A stretch of DNA of 64,000 bases. Source: Magallana gigas. Its lineage: Eukaryota. Shown piece after piece: positions 24,901-37,600 of the stretch. The notes under the pieces are model-generated. The model worked only from the letters and a program-made list of their open reading frames with translations. It was not told where the DNA came from and did not search any database. Within the stretch, counting starts at the first letter, position 1. Each line of letters starts with the position of its first letter. The translations under genes and the position numbers were made by a program. The DNA is taken from assembly GCF_963853765.1 (NCBI RefSeq), contig NC_088861.1:41354001-41418000 (forward strand). Direction: 5' to 3'.

Positions 24901-25762
24901 ATGTGTTATAACAGACTGGGTAAGAGGGGGTGGTTCTGTGTTATAACGGACTGGGTAAGAGGGGATATGTGTTATAACAGACTGGGTAAGAGGCGGATAT
25001 GTGTTATAACAGACTGGGTAAGAGGGGATATGTGTTATAACAGACTGGGTAAGAGGGGGTGGTTCTGTGTTATAACGGACTGGGTAAGAGGGGATATGTG
25101 TTATAACAGACTGGGTAAGAGGCGGATATGTGTTATAACAGACTGGGTAAGAGGCAGATATGTGTTATAACAGACTTGGTAAGAGGGGGTGGTTCTGTGT
25201 TATAACGGACTGGGTAAGAGGGGATATGTGTTATTACAGACTTGGTAAGAGGGGATACGTGTTATTATAATGAACTGGGTAAGAGGGGAGGGTTGTGTTT
25301 TATCATTTTTAGTGGTTTAAGAAAGATGTATTGTTTACTTATCTTGTTATAATTGACTGGAAAGGAAAGGGTTGTACACTATTTTTTACTGGAAACGAGC
25401 AGGTTATTATGTTGTAGTAGAATTTGAAATAGTGGTTAGGGGGATGCTGACATGCTATATGTTATTGTCAACTAGGAAAGTGGTGTTAATGTTATGTAAT
25501 ATGTGTAATGCATCAACATTTTTTTAAAACAAAAATCTAACTTGTACAGAAAACAATTTAAGTGTTCGTGTCACTTTGGGATCATCTTTATGTGTGGATC
25601 CTCTCCGACTCAATAATAAATGTCAAAGTTAAGGCTTAGCTCGATGATACAATTGATACATGTACATATGTTGTACATTAGTAATGTTTTTCTTTATTCC
25701 ATCGTTACAGATTTATGAAACAACACCCAGAAATGGATTTCTCCAAGTGTAACTTCAACTGA
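18920..25762 (+). CDS. NUDC: Nuclear migration protein NudC (CS/p23-domain co-chaperone), 338 aa
   Basis: Exons 18920-18997, 19566-19643, 20015-20239, 20687-20767, 22156-22260, 22880-22948, 23185-23310, 23811-23894, 24141-24259, 25711-25762. Diagnostic peptides: [92 protein letters not shown]. Confidence 0.96.
20947..22002. mobile_element. Kolobok-like element with ~220-bp TIRs in NudC intron 4
   Basis: 20947-~21165 is the inverse of ~21760-22002 (GGAGGATGTGCGG ... CCGCACATCCCCC). TTAA flanks at 20943-20946 and 22003-22006. Confidence 0.8.
22232..22470 (+). repeat. Tandem duplications of the NudC exon 5 3' end and splice donor
   Basis: GCTGGTCC(C/A)AAACTCTGGA...GAG|GTCAG recurs at 22301-22335, with a more degenerate copy giving GAG|GTCAA at 22407. 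Confidence 0.85.
24470..25292. repeat. 31-35-bp minisatellite with a ~129-bp higher-order repeat, NudC intron 9
   Basis: About 25 units of TGTGTTATAAC(A/G)GACTGGGTAAGAGG plus a variable 4-9-nt tail. A four-unit 129-bp period is visible at 24902-25160, and the flanks are degenerate. Confidence 0.95.
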
Positions 25763-26745
25763 GTCATCAACACTACATGTATTTACATCTCATATCATTT
25801 TTTAATTAAGATGGAAATATTCATGTTATGAATCCATTCAACAGACTGTGAGAAAGTGACACTTGTTATAAACAATATATACACATAACAACATTATCAG
25901 CAAATACAGTTTTGTATTATAAATAGTTTTTATTTTGAGTGTAATGTGTATACACATGATTGCTTGATGTATTACAACTAAAGATTACATAATTATAGTT
26001 AATAAATTCATCATAACTCATAAAAAAATTCTTGTTTATTGATAAGGTGATTCAAAATTAAATGTTTTAATTTTTCACGTTGTTTATTGTTGAATTGTAC
26101 ATAGCTATTTTATTGAGAAAGAAGTTTAAACAATTTCTGGTTTGAAAACAAAAGTCATTGTAATGATATGCCATAAATAATGAATTAATTTCATGTACAA
26201 AGCGAAGTATTCCATTTTTTCTTATATCACTATTTGCTCAATATATTAATAAAACTGTGAATGAGTAAAAAAAATGAATTTTAGAATTAACTCGGGGAAA
26301 ATCCATCATAAATGTTCAGTTAGCGTAGAACTATCAAATACAGGTAATCATGTTAATTCAGGAATAGGAAATGCTTGGTAATACACCTCATACCAAGGAA
26401 TAGTTTTCACTAGTTAAAAATAAAAAATAAACTTTAAAAATCTTAATGAATTGAAATACCGGTATGCTTAATATTAAGCACACATTATTCATTGGATTAT
26501 TAAGTAACTTTTCAGTTTTTGTATGTTTGCTCTGTCTTTACATTTGAGCTGGAGAAAAGTTAAAATAAGAACTGAATTATACTACATTTCCTTTTAGCTC
26601 ACATGCATTTTGTTGATTTAACAGTTTCATTGAAAAAACTAATCGACATCCATTTTCAGTATTAATTCAGTCCAAGGCCATGTAATAAATGATGAGTGGC
26701 CACGTTGTTTTAAATGTATCTGCTGTATTGCCGCCACTGAAGTTG

Positions 26746-29700
26746 TTAGATCCCCCACAACTGTTTTAGATCCTCCACTTTCTGCACTCTTTCCTTTTCT
26801 TTACCAAACAGGCCGTACTTCGGGGCCACCGCTCCTATATCGCCCACATATCTTGGATCCGCCGCCTCATCGGCTGGCTGCCACCTAAAGTGGGGGGAAA
26901 AGCACACGTACATGTAGCATTTGTTGTGTTATCAATAATAATTTTCGGTTGGATTCTGTCAATGAAGTCTAGGTTTCAATAAAATGGAGGGGTTCCTTTT
27001 TCATAATATGCATATAGACAAATACAGATACTAATCTTGTTGATTTTATCAGGTGTTATTTACACAGTACACTAATCATCGGATGTCACAAAGTATACCC
27101 ACACAAGCAGGCGTGTGTACAAATACACAATAATTACAGTGTATATTCTTAGTTTCTTACCGAGTGTCACAGCTGATACGTACGTAATCCGTCAGGTTGG
27201 ACGTCGACATGTGGACTGTCCTGTAATATTGACCGTGTTACATTTACCAAATAATTGACAAGTTTTGTGTATAATGTTAAATTTACATCTACCGAGTTTG
27301 ATTCCCTCTATTTCTTACGGAAACATAGTTAATTCATAGCTCTATAGAAACAGTCAGACTGATATATCTACACGCCCCGTTTATCGATCTGTCAAAACTT
27401 ACAGCGACTGAAACAGACAGCATCCCCCGTGTATCGATTGGTCGAAACCTACAGCGACCTAAGGAAATCACGGACTGCACGAAATAATCATGATGATGTC
27501 AGACTTAAATTCCAAGGAATGCATTTTATTGATATGATGTCTGATAGTTTTCTGTATTGGAATACATGTACTTTACATACTATAAGGGAGGTGTTTTTAT
27601 ATGTCAATAGTTTTTTGTTGGTGTTGCTATGAAAAAAAAAATATAAATGAAAACGTAAACAGAAAAGCATGTGATCCGCGTGCATGTCAAAAGGTCAGAG
27701 AATATGAGTTGACCTTGACCTTTCATATCGGAAGTGAACACAGGGTGACATTTTACTATAATAAAAGTACAATGTAGCAATCGATGCCAAAGAAAATTCG
27801 CAAAACCCGCTTATCCATGCATGTTTTTCTTTTGTGTAATGTCTCCTTCGTTCATATCCACATGAACCTTCGAAGAGGGCATTTTATCATTTTTGAAATG
27901 CTTTGATTTTAAAAACAACAACAATTATTTGGACCTTCGTGGTATATAGCGTGTCTGTACCTCATGGTAAATATCAGTACGTCTCCAGCCTGGAAGTCCG
28001 AGGTTTTCCACTTCCCGCCAAATTTTGATGTAATCTCGAACGGGTCCTCTGTGAACCAACCAGTGCCTGTTTACAAAATTTACTTTCATTCTAATGTTTT
28101 GTGTAACGTTACACCTATTATCTTTACATAAAAAATCAAAACTTTCAACATGACAACTTCAACAATTATATCGTCTAACTTTTATTTTGCAAGCTTTGAC
28201 TGTTATTCGATTTTGCTTAATTATTTTTAAAGAGACAAGTGCATGTAATATATACATTTAAATACGTCCTCTTTATTCAAAATCAACAATATAACCTCAT
28301 CATATATAACATACCTCCAACGTTTTCTTTCTCTATATCCAGTTCTCCGTATGTCTCTTGAAGCTGTCTAAAACTAAAAAAATTAATATTCACCATTTAC
28401 CGTATTTCATGAATACACAACTGAAACCTGATCAAGACAGGACATTCTTCTAGACTTGATCAAATATACCACCCCAAAACGCGGATCTGGAAGGGGGTAG
28501 GGATGATCCAGACCCCCTCCCTTGCAAATTCAAATTTCTTTAAATTTTCATTATAAAATTACTCAGACCCCCCCCCCCCCCGAAAACTCAAATAACCATC
28601 GGACATTCCCATGGAAAAATTTACTAGATCCGCGCGTGACTCCTGACCTTGGTAAAGAGTTGGATCCCTCACAGACCGCCAGTGTTCCCATTTCTACCGG
28701 CGTATCCCCAAAGGGAGTCCATACAGTGAACAGATTCCTAGATCCGCGCCCCATGTATACGTTGTCTACATGGGCTCCAGTGAATTGCTTACGGTTGATC
28801 CCCCTAGAAAGATATAAAAAAAAATCTCAGAGAGAGAGAGAGAGAGATTATTGGATGTTTTTGTTTGGGGGGGGGGGGTATTTTTTGTCTTTTAATATAG
28901 ATTCAGCAGTAAGGGTTTTCTGAATAATTGTTAGCTTCATCAACTTTGATTTTAAAATAACACTGTTAAGTTTTATGTAGTGTACTTCTTAGTAACTTAA
29001 ACATTCAATTTTGTGTTTCAAAATAAGAGCACCGTCCTGTATAATACACGGATTTATCACACTTAAACAAAACCCACCTCACCTCAACCATTTAAAATCA
29101 AACGTCTTAACCTCACTGTCCAAAAATCTCTCGAAAAACATTCTGGCTAAAACAAGAAAGAAAATTCATATAATTAGATTAAATAATTTACTTTTCCCGG
29201 GGAATTTTCTAATTTCGATATTGTAAAATATCCATGAAAGCAGGAGAGAGAAAGATAGAGATACGTCGATGTCCCTCCAGAACTTGTAGAACTTCAGGAC
29301 TGTGTGTGATCTTATTCTTGCCCTGTTACAATATATACATGTAAGTCAACGTCAAAGTGAAAAAGTCGCAACGAGTCGGGATATTGTGATAGTAGTTTAA
29401 TAATTAATTGAAAACAATGACGGATTGTATCTATAGTAATAAAAGGCGCACCATGATTCTGCATTTTTGACGGAACTATAACTGCTTCCATACCTCCATG
29501 AATGGTATGCATCCTCGGCCACACCTCTCGTCCAGCACGCCCTCAGTGGGCGGGGCCACTAACTTAAATTCAGCCTCCTTATTTACATATTCCAAGATTG
29601 ACAGACGGGCCTGCAGAACTTCCTGTCTGTCATGAAATCCCCGGATGAATAGGTATCTAAAATAGAAAGATTATTGATAAATATGTAATTATTCCCACAT

Positions 29701-30294
29701 TGTATTACATAGGTGTCGGAAACGGGGGGGGGGCTTTTTTGCAATATACAAAACAATAACCAAAGATATTTTTATTTTATTTATGCCATGAAACTCATGA
29801 TTTAACCTTTGAGTACCCTGTCCGTGTTGCGTTGCTATATCTGCAGTAGCTTTTCACACACTTTACATGCAAAAATATGTAAATGTCAATATGAACAATT
29901 AAAATGCCTTTTTTGATGAAACATGCGGGTTATGAAGGTAACGATCATTGCAGAAAAAATAACATAACCCGCGTTACCCGCTAATCCTCGGGTTATGTAT
30001 TTTTCGTTAATGTCGCCATCTTCATATCCCGCATGAATCACCAAAGATACTAACATTTAGTAGAGAGAAAAAAAATTAATTTTAAAGTTGATCAACCCTC
30101 TTTTTTTTATATATAATTCTAGCATACATGAACTTTCGATTATCTTTGAATAATTTATTAACTTACCCCTTTTCTTGAATTTCCTTTCGGAGTGCCTCTG
30201 GATTGTTCAGTAAATGGTTGCAGTCTCGTAGCTGTTGGAGGTCTTCCGATGGAAAGGTTACCTCCCTGGATCCCAGTGATACCTTTCGGGACAT
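26746..30294 (-). CDS. Phytanoyl-CoA dioxygenase (PhyH) family 2OG/Fe(II) oxygenase, 310 aa
   Basis: Exons 30294-30167, 29656-29494, 29322-29265, 29146-29083, 28803-28648, 28373-28315, 28066-27961, 27220-27161, 26884-26746; phases are consistent. Motifs: KGYLFIRG, TFDFKWLR, HxD in TGAHVDNVYMGRGS, VWTPFGD...GTLAVCEGS, FQAGDVLIF, distal His in TVHMS, 2OG-binding Arg in RISCDTRWQ. Confidence 0.88.
28480..28634. mobile_element. Short MITE with C-tract in a PhyH intron
   Basis: Terminal inverted repeat CGCGGATCT (28480-28488) / AGATCCGCG (28626-28634). No clear TSD. Confidence 0.5.
29922..30035. repeat. Fold-back palindrome, probably a non-autonomous DNA element
   Basis: Outer arms CATGCGGGTTATGAAG / CTTCATATCCCGCATG; inner arms ACATAACCCG / CGGGTTATGT. 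Confidence 0.6.
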
Positions 30295-30332
30295 TGATTA
30301 TTTCTTTAAAAAAATAACGTGTATATTACTAT

Positions 30333-30383
<51 letters not shown>
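30333..30383. repeat. (GA)n microsatellite
   Basis: GA run with one GATA interruption, just upstream of the PhyH start codon. Confidence 0.97.
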
Positions 30384-30386
<3 letters not shown>

Positions 30387-30600
30387 ACGTTATTTTGTCT
30401 CATATTTCCAGAATCCGGACGGTCTGCTTTTACCACAAAACATCGTTTAACTTTAAATTTTACCTTATTTAACCAGACGGTACATATGTAAATTCATTTA
30501 CGCTTCGTTACATAAACTTTTGTTACTTATATTCAAAAAAGTTATATTTAATTTAACCGAAGGGAGTGTCTCACAAATGCCTTGTTAAAATAAGTCAAAA

Positions 30601-30608
30601 CCGGAAGT
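30601..30608. promoter_or_regulatory. ETS/GABP-type motif CCGGAAGT, candidate PhyH promoter element
   Basis: Exact consensus ~300 bp upstream of the ATG. A possible 5'-UTR intron runs from donor 30464 to acceptor 30304. Confidence 0.3.
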
Positions 30609-31478
30609 ATATAGGTTGAAAACAAAAAAAGGAAATCATAATTTTAGTGCACGGGGGGCAATTAACGTGTCTAGAAATAGATTGTTTGAAACATAACGTT
30701 AATAGGTACATTTCACACTTGGACACAATATATTTAGCAAGATTTCGCTATTATTATAGTACATGTACATGTAGCTTGGTTAATATTTCCTCACTTAATA
30801 ACAACATAAAGAAGGGTTACTTGTATTAAAATTTCAAAGGACAACTCTAATTTGTTGCTGTTTAGTATGAAAGGCAAAGATGTATATTACAAAGTAATGT
30901 ATATGTGACTTGCATGCAAACGAAATAGTATATTAGGTACATGATACATGTACATGTAATACACCTCATGACCTGTCGCGATATGTGAAATTAAGTTTTC
31001 AAAGAAGATGGAAGGGTGGGGGTGGGGGGTAAAGATATTACAAATGCCCACTTTGTTTAGTCGTAAAACTTTCAAGTTTGATTTTTTTCCATTAAAGCTA
31101 TGTGATAATGTTATAATACAAGTTTGCAAAAACACAATTTCTAACTATCATAATTTAGTTTTGAATATCTTAGCAAACGATTAAAATATATATATATATA
31201 TTGCCTTAAGCTTTGGTCGTATAATGATCCCACAATCCCCGACCTAAAAAGCCCTATTATATAAGATAACCTATAATGTCTGCTACTCTAAACAATGAGC
31301 ATGTCAGTCACAAAAATGTGCATTGTTTAAATGTTATTTGCAACTTTGGCCACGAATTTACGGACGTATTATTTTCTAAAACGTTCTTTAGATGCAATAT
31401 GATATTTTTAACGTATATACTAGTGGGTCATCTCTCCAAGTTTTTGTTAATTGAAATCGGTTTGTTTTCAATTAGACC

Positions 31479-32180
31479 TTATTAGGACCCCGGTCTGCAG
31501 GCGCCCTATGGTGACCAGTCTGTACGTCTGTCTGTCCGTCCGAGGTCTTTTGTTCGAAGCATATCTTCTTCCCTTGTCCCAATCTCTCTTAAATTTCACC
31601 CACAGGTAAAAAGTGTGCATTGACCTTAAACCATATATATTTATAGTTCCAATGTTAAGGTCATAGCAGAATTATATGAACATTCTTCACCGGAGCATAT
31701 CTTCACTCCCTTAGATCCATACTTATTCACTCTCAGGGTGCATTTGATCAAAGGGCATAGAGTAACCTTGAATGATATTTGTAGGTCAAGGTCATATCGG
31801 ATCACACAAAAATCCTTTCCATGAGCATATATTCTCTCCACTTAGCCATATTTGGTTCATACTTCACATGAACAGAGCTTTTGGGTTACTGATGTGCAGT
31901 GACTCTGAACCAAGTCAATGTGATGGTCAAAGCAGATCTCTTCAAAATCAGATTTAGACCGTAGATTACGGTATTTCCTATTTGCATTATCTTGCTCAGG
32001 TTGAACAAAAAATGCCTGTATTTAAGGGGTCATGAGATTGAATTAAAACTTCTATGCCACCTGGAAAATATTAAGTTATAGGTCAAGGTCAAAGCAAATT
32101 TCTCTGAAATGCTTTTCATCCTACTGTCCATTATTTAAGCGGGGCCCTTTGCGATGGTCACCATCTCAGTGTTGTCTAAT
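31479..32180 (+). mobile_element. HINE-like element with degenerate ~130-bp internal repeats
   Basis: TTATTAGGACCCC start; (GTCT/GTCC)n microsatellite at ~31517-31541; AGCATAT at 31558, 31694 and 31824; 3' GGGGCCCT (inverse of the 5' subTIR) followed by the GATGG-TCA-CCATC stem-loop at ~32153-32165. Confidence 0.6.
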
Positions 32181-32724
32181 TTAGACTTTAACAAAAAAAT
32201 GGAGTACAGACCCACTCTATAAAAGGAAAGGCATTGGAATTCTAAAAGATGACACTAGGAGGTTTTGATACGCATATCCATTTTAAATCAACATATTTCA
32301 AGTATTGGACATATTTATGGTTTACAAATCGATGTTATGTTAAATATATATAATTTGTTTTTGAATGATTTTTGGGAGTTGATTTTAATCAACAGTTTAC
32401 ACTCCTATGCAGTTACTCAGGTAAACCGAAATGAATAAAATGTTTTGACATAAGCCCAAATCATAACCGCTGACAAGACTTAGTATCCTTGAAAATATGA
32501 AGCATTGTTTTACAAGGATATTTATTTATAAATAATTTTAAAAATGGTCGGATTTTAAATTGTACGAACAATTCATGATCAATTTTGTAGTCGAATGAAT
32601 TTGGAATACGAGACTATATTGAACTGTGGCGTAGGAATAATTCTCTTTGCTTGTCGGAGATACATGTATACATACGGAGACAGTCGAGCGTATTGTTGAA
32701 CGAGACGATAATGAAGTCTAGCTG

Positions 32725-33034
32725 CAGGCACGTAGCATCGTTTTTTAAAGTGTGGAGGGGGGGGGGGGCGGGGGGGGGGCTCATCCATATAATTTTTGAC
32801 AAGCAAAAAAAAAAAGGTTACTTTCCAAAATCCTGAAAATCCTAATCTGGGTAGGGGGCAGTAGGCATAACTTCAATTTCCTTATTTTCAATTCAATTTT
32901 TACATGGTCACAGAAAAGTGTGTGTGTGTCGGGGGGGGGGGGGGGCAACTCCAACTTAATTCAATTTTGCTGTGCAAAAAAAGGGGGGGGGGGGGGGTAG
33001 GGCAGCCCCCCCCCCCCCCGATGCTACGTGCCTG
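32725..33034. mobile_element. MITE with G/C tracts (310 bp)
   Basis: TIR CAGGCACGTAGCATCG / CGATGCTACGTGCCTG; TSD not clean. A degenerate relative of one end lies at ~10460-10540. Confidence 0.65.
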
Positions 33035-33878
33035 CTGGGCTGGTTGAACAAGAAAAGAGTTCCATTGCTCGATTCCTTAAATATCCAGAAATATTTCGAT
33101 TACTGATACATAGTTTGATTACATTTTATTATTCTATCTATAAATTTTACACAACATGATTCATTTGAGATTTATCACATATAATTCTGGTCGGAAAACC
33201 CAAAAATTCATACCGGCATTAGAAAAAATGTGCATCATGCTAATATAGTGTATAGCTAAAAGCAACTATTTGCCATTCGAAATTACATATCGTTGATTTT
33301 AAAAACCAAACAATAATCCATAAAATCAACTTTCATTTGTATCTCCGTATTTTGATTAAAATATGTTATCAGATTTGTTGAGACATATATATTTTAATTT
33401 CAGCAGCTTATTCGTCCTTATATAGGCATTTTACACGCCATATCCACTCATCTCCTTACCTATAAACTATTATTTCGTAAACAAAAATTCCATATATTTT
33501 ACGATTTATATCTGGACATTTTCCTATATATTCTTGTTTAAAACTCTCCTTTTAAAAGAGATCAACACAGACCTAAAAATGGCCACGACCATCGAACCCT
33601 CTTAAATGATTTTACAGTGTACATGTACCTGTGGAAAGGACAGGTGAGCTTCAAGGACCATGCACCAAAAAACGTTCACCTTCCTCTCATGTGTAACAAA
33701 GAAGCTATACAAAAGTTTTCCTATGTCAGTGAAAAAGATGAGATATAATCTGTATACGTACGTACATGTCTGCACTGGCATATCGACATTATGATATTGT
33801 TGGGTTATATATAGACTTACCTGTGCATACATATAAAAGGAATCCAACGTGACCTGGATTTTATCTGATAATCCAGCT

Positions 33879-34007
33879 NNNNNNNNNNNNNNNNNNNNNN
33901 NNNNNNNNNNNNNNNNNNNNNNNNNNNNNNNNNNNNNNNNNNNNNNNNNNNNNNNNNNNNNNNNNNNNNNNNNNNNNNNNNNNNNNNNNNNNNNNNNNNN
34001 NNNNNNN
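33879..34007. other. Assembly gap (129 N)
   Basis: Run of N. Confidence 0.99.
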
Positions 34008-34659
34008 ACGTTTTCTAGTGGTCAGAAACATTCATTGACTTAATTCTTTGTATGAAAAATATATTGTGTTTTTTGTGTATAATAAATAAAGGAAAATCAT
34101 TGTAAGATACATGCTATAGCGTAATGAATATTGAGACACTAATCATGAATTTGAAACATCATCCTAATAAACCCTTCTTTAAATCAAAGCTTATAGTATG
34201 AACATTTGAAATGAAAATAAATGTAAATATTTTGTAAGATGAAATTTTCCACAACTTAGTTTTAATTAACCCCCCCCCCCCCCCCCCCCCGCATCGAACT
34301 GAACAGAACAACGCATCGCTAAAGCATGTCAAAATAATTTTTTAAAAATCACACATACACATATCGTTCTGATAATTATCAGTGCTTTGTTTATTAGTTG
34401 ATTTTAAAGTTTTGTTTTGTTTTTTTTCAAATCTATGCGTTAACAAAAATGTTGCAGCCTCAATGGTTACGAATTTTCCGGAAATAGTGGGCCTGTTACC
34501 TGTTACCTTTTCCGTTTTATGACCCTCTCAGTGTTTCCTACGATTTTTGGACGTCGTGTAATTTTAGTTTCAGTTTGTTTTCAGTACATTAAGGTAGTAA
34601 AACGTATGTTAAGTGAAACCCGGAAGAAAAATAGAGTTTATGATCACATTTAAGACGCC

Positions 34660-37600
34660 ATGAAGTTGAAACACAAAGGAAATCGTTTTAGAAATCTTCA
34701 GAAGTCGATTCTGGCCTTGTTTCTTGTATTCGTTGTTGCAACACACGGGAACGATCATCTTAAACAACGAGTTCTGCTCGTGTCTTATGATGGATTCCGC
34801 TGGAATTACTTAGATAAAATTTCAAAGAAGGTGAATTTTGAACGCATAATTAACGCAGGAGTGTATGCAAAAAAGGGACTGCAGAACGCATTCATTACAA
34901 AGACATTTCCCAACCACTATACTCTGGTGACAGGGTTATATGAGGAGAGCCATGGCATTGTCGCAAATGAGATGTATGATCCACTGTTTAATGAGACTTT
35001 CTCTTTATCTGACCCTGAGGATGTGATCAAGTCTAAGTGGTTTGACAATGGGGGTGAACCTATTTGGGTTACAAACCAGAAACAGTCAACTCCTTCATTA
35101 CCTCGGCGGAGTGGGTCTCTGTTTTGGCCAGGATCAATGGCCAGTGTTCACGGGTACCTCCCGACTAAGTATCTGGCTTATGATCCAAACATGAAGTTTG
35201 AGGAGCGTGTGGACATTATCATATCGTGGTTTCTGGACAAGGACCCGATAGACTTGGGATTGTTATATTACGAACACCCTGATGAAGAAGGACATGTGTA
35301 TGGCCCAGAGAGTGACAATATGACACTCACTATACAGAAACTAGAAGCGTGTACAGGGTATCTCCTGGACAGTCTGGAGAGGAATAATCTACTTGATAAA
35401 GTGAATGTCATTTTAACAAGTGACCATGGCATGACAACAACACCGAATGACAAAACCATTGTCTTAGGAGATTACATTCAGAAAGACTTGTACAAAGTGA
35501 TTGTCATGAACAACCCTATAGTTAGTATTATACCTCAAAATGGTAAGTACAAGTTACCTTACTGTATCATGTGTATATATCCTTATGATACTGATTGACA
35601 TTATTTGGAGTTAAAGTATCCATACCTTTATTATTTGCATCTCTGTTTTGTTTTGACAGACAAATTGCAAATATACAGCTTCTTATTTTGTAATTGGAAT
35701 ATTACGCAATAACTTAAATAATTACTTATTAATGTACTAGCTCCTATTATGATAAAATAAATGTTGATTTACTAAACTAGTGTTTGGGGTTCAAGATTCA
35801 GGATTGATATTATATGATCAGACAATATAGCTTTTAATATCATGATTATGAAAAAGAATAGTGTCAGTTTTTCAATCATAGACCCTCTTGGGCCATATTA
35901 AACAAAAAATACACAACGTAAATTTCCACTGTTCTGGTAGAGTGGTGTACCCCGGCATTATTCAAAATACGTACCCTATTTGACTGTTACTTTCTCTGTT
36001 CTTGATTTATAATACATGTATGATGCATGACTCTTAAATTCATAACCATGATAACCTTGATACATTGTTAACAACCTTGTTTACTTCATGTCAATATTGA
36101 ATTCAATGAATAAATTTAGTAAGGAAGAAACACTGATTTTACAGAAACAGCTGGAGATACAATTGTCAGCAAATTAAAAAATGTGGCACATCTAGAAGTC
36201 TACAAAAAATCAGAAATCCCTCAAGAATACCATTACAGCAGAAATCGCAGAATTTTGGACATATTGATTGTAGCTGATTTGGGGTATACCATAGTGGAGT
36301 CCAAGGATCAGAATTACACAGGAAGTGAGTAGAATTAAAACAATACAGTACAAAACAGTAACAAAACAATACGTTTAAGAACTTGTTACGTTTTATTTAA
36401 CAGGCTTTTTTCTTGGCATGATATATGATTTTTCAGCAGATCATGACATGGACATTTTCTGTTAAATTTACTTGTCAATTATTTCATTTTTATTTTTTTG
36501 TTTCTTTTAATTAAAATCAATTTATCTTACTCAGGTTTTTTTTTTTTTATCTGAAAATGGAACTGACCTTTTGCCGTAATCCACATTTCACTTTTGAACT
36601 AATTTTGGCAGAAATTCAGCTTGGTTTGATATTTGGATGCAGTCCAAGCCATGGTGAATCTCTGTCAAGATTTACCTCTAAACATGTAGGACCCTCGATA
36701 AAGGTTCCGCTAACTTGAATTTGAATGAATGACAGAGGATGAATTTTTTTTTCTAATACAGTACTGCTAGAATATACTGCTTATTATTTTTAGTGGTCAG
36801 ATATCCTCTGATGTTCAATAAACAAAAGTAGTACTACTACTAGATGTGTACATTTACTGGTAGTGCTTTAATTTCTGCTATAAATTAAGTGTAACTAATG
36901 AAGAGACACAAGAAGAAATGTCATTAATGTAATACTTTCAATACTGTGATTTAAATTATAATATGTGTAGTACATGACTACATGTTGTACTTTCATCTCC
37001 ATCAGTTGAGTTGCATTACGTGTAGTACTTTCAGCAGTGTCATATGAATCTTTACACGTAATACTGTATATAGTATCCTTTCCTTAGTACTATAGTACTG
37101 TGATTTCTGTTACAGAGGGTGACCATGGTTACAACAACAGTCTCCCAGACATGCACCCGTTCTTCATGGCCATGGGTCCAGCGCTCAAGGTCAATCACAC
37201 CGTGGAAACCTTTAAAAATGTCGATGTTTATCCTTTGATCTGCAAGATCCTGGGCATTGAGCCCGCACCAAATAATGGCTCAATGGATATTGTTCAGATC
37301 TTGCTGAAGCCGAAAAAGGAGAGAAAACTGTATGAATTAGACAACACTTTTGTTGTTTGTAAGTACATACATGTACCAGAAAATTGCAAACTTTTCATAA
37401 GCTGTGTATGATCAAGGTCAGCTTACAATAACTTTTTATAATAAGCTTATTACAGTGATATTCTGACTACTTAGACACCAATGTTTGATGGTTACTGAAT
37501 ACTAGTAGTTTTTATTTCATGTAAGTAAACTGTAATTCATGTATCATAGTTTGAGAAGATTCCTACTATTTTTCTTGATTGACAGCTTGAAATGCCTGGG

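Noticed and set aside
24470-25292. CRISPR-like look (conserved ~25-nt core with variable tails) and ORF 24901-25170
   Set aside because: The variable parts are only 4-9 nt and recur, there are no cas genes, and it is in a eukaryotic intron. The ORF simply translates the 129-bp higher-order repeat.
14760-25762. Both divergent genes have 1017-nt CDSs (338 aa)
   Set aside because: No sequence similarity and different exon structures; treated as coincidence.
26746-30294. Bacterial contamination or recent HGT as the source of the PhyH-like gene
   Set aside because: Eight canonical introns with host-type repeats, embedded between host genes.
32579-32836. Pro-rich and Gly-rich short ORFs (also 28522-28923)
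   Set aside because: Derived from G/C homopolymer tracts in MITEs or antisense to real exons.
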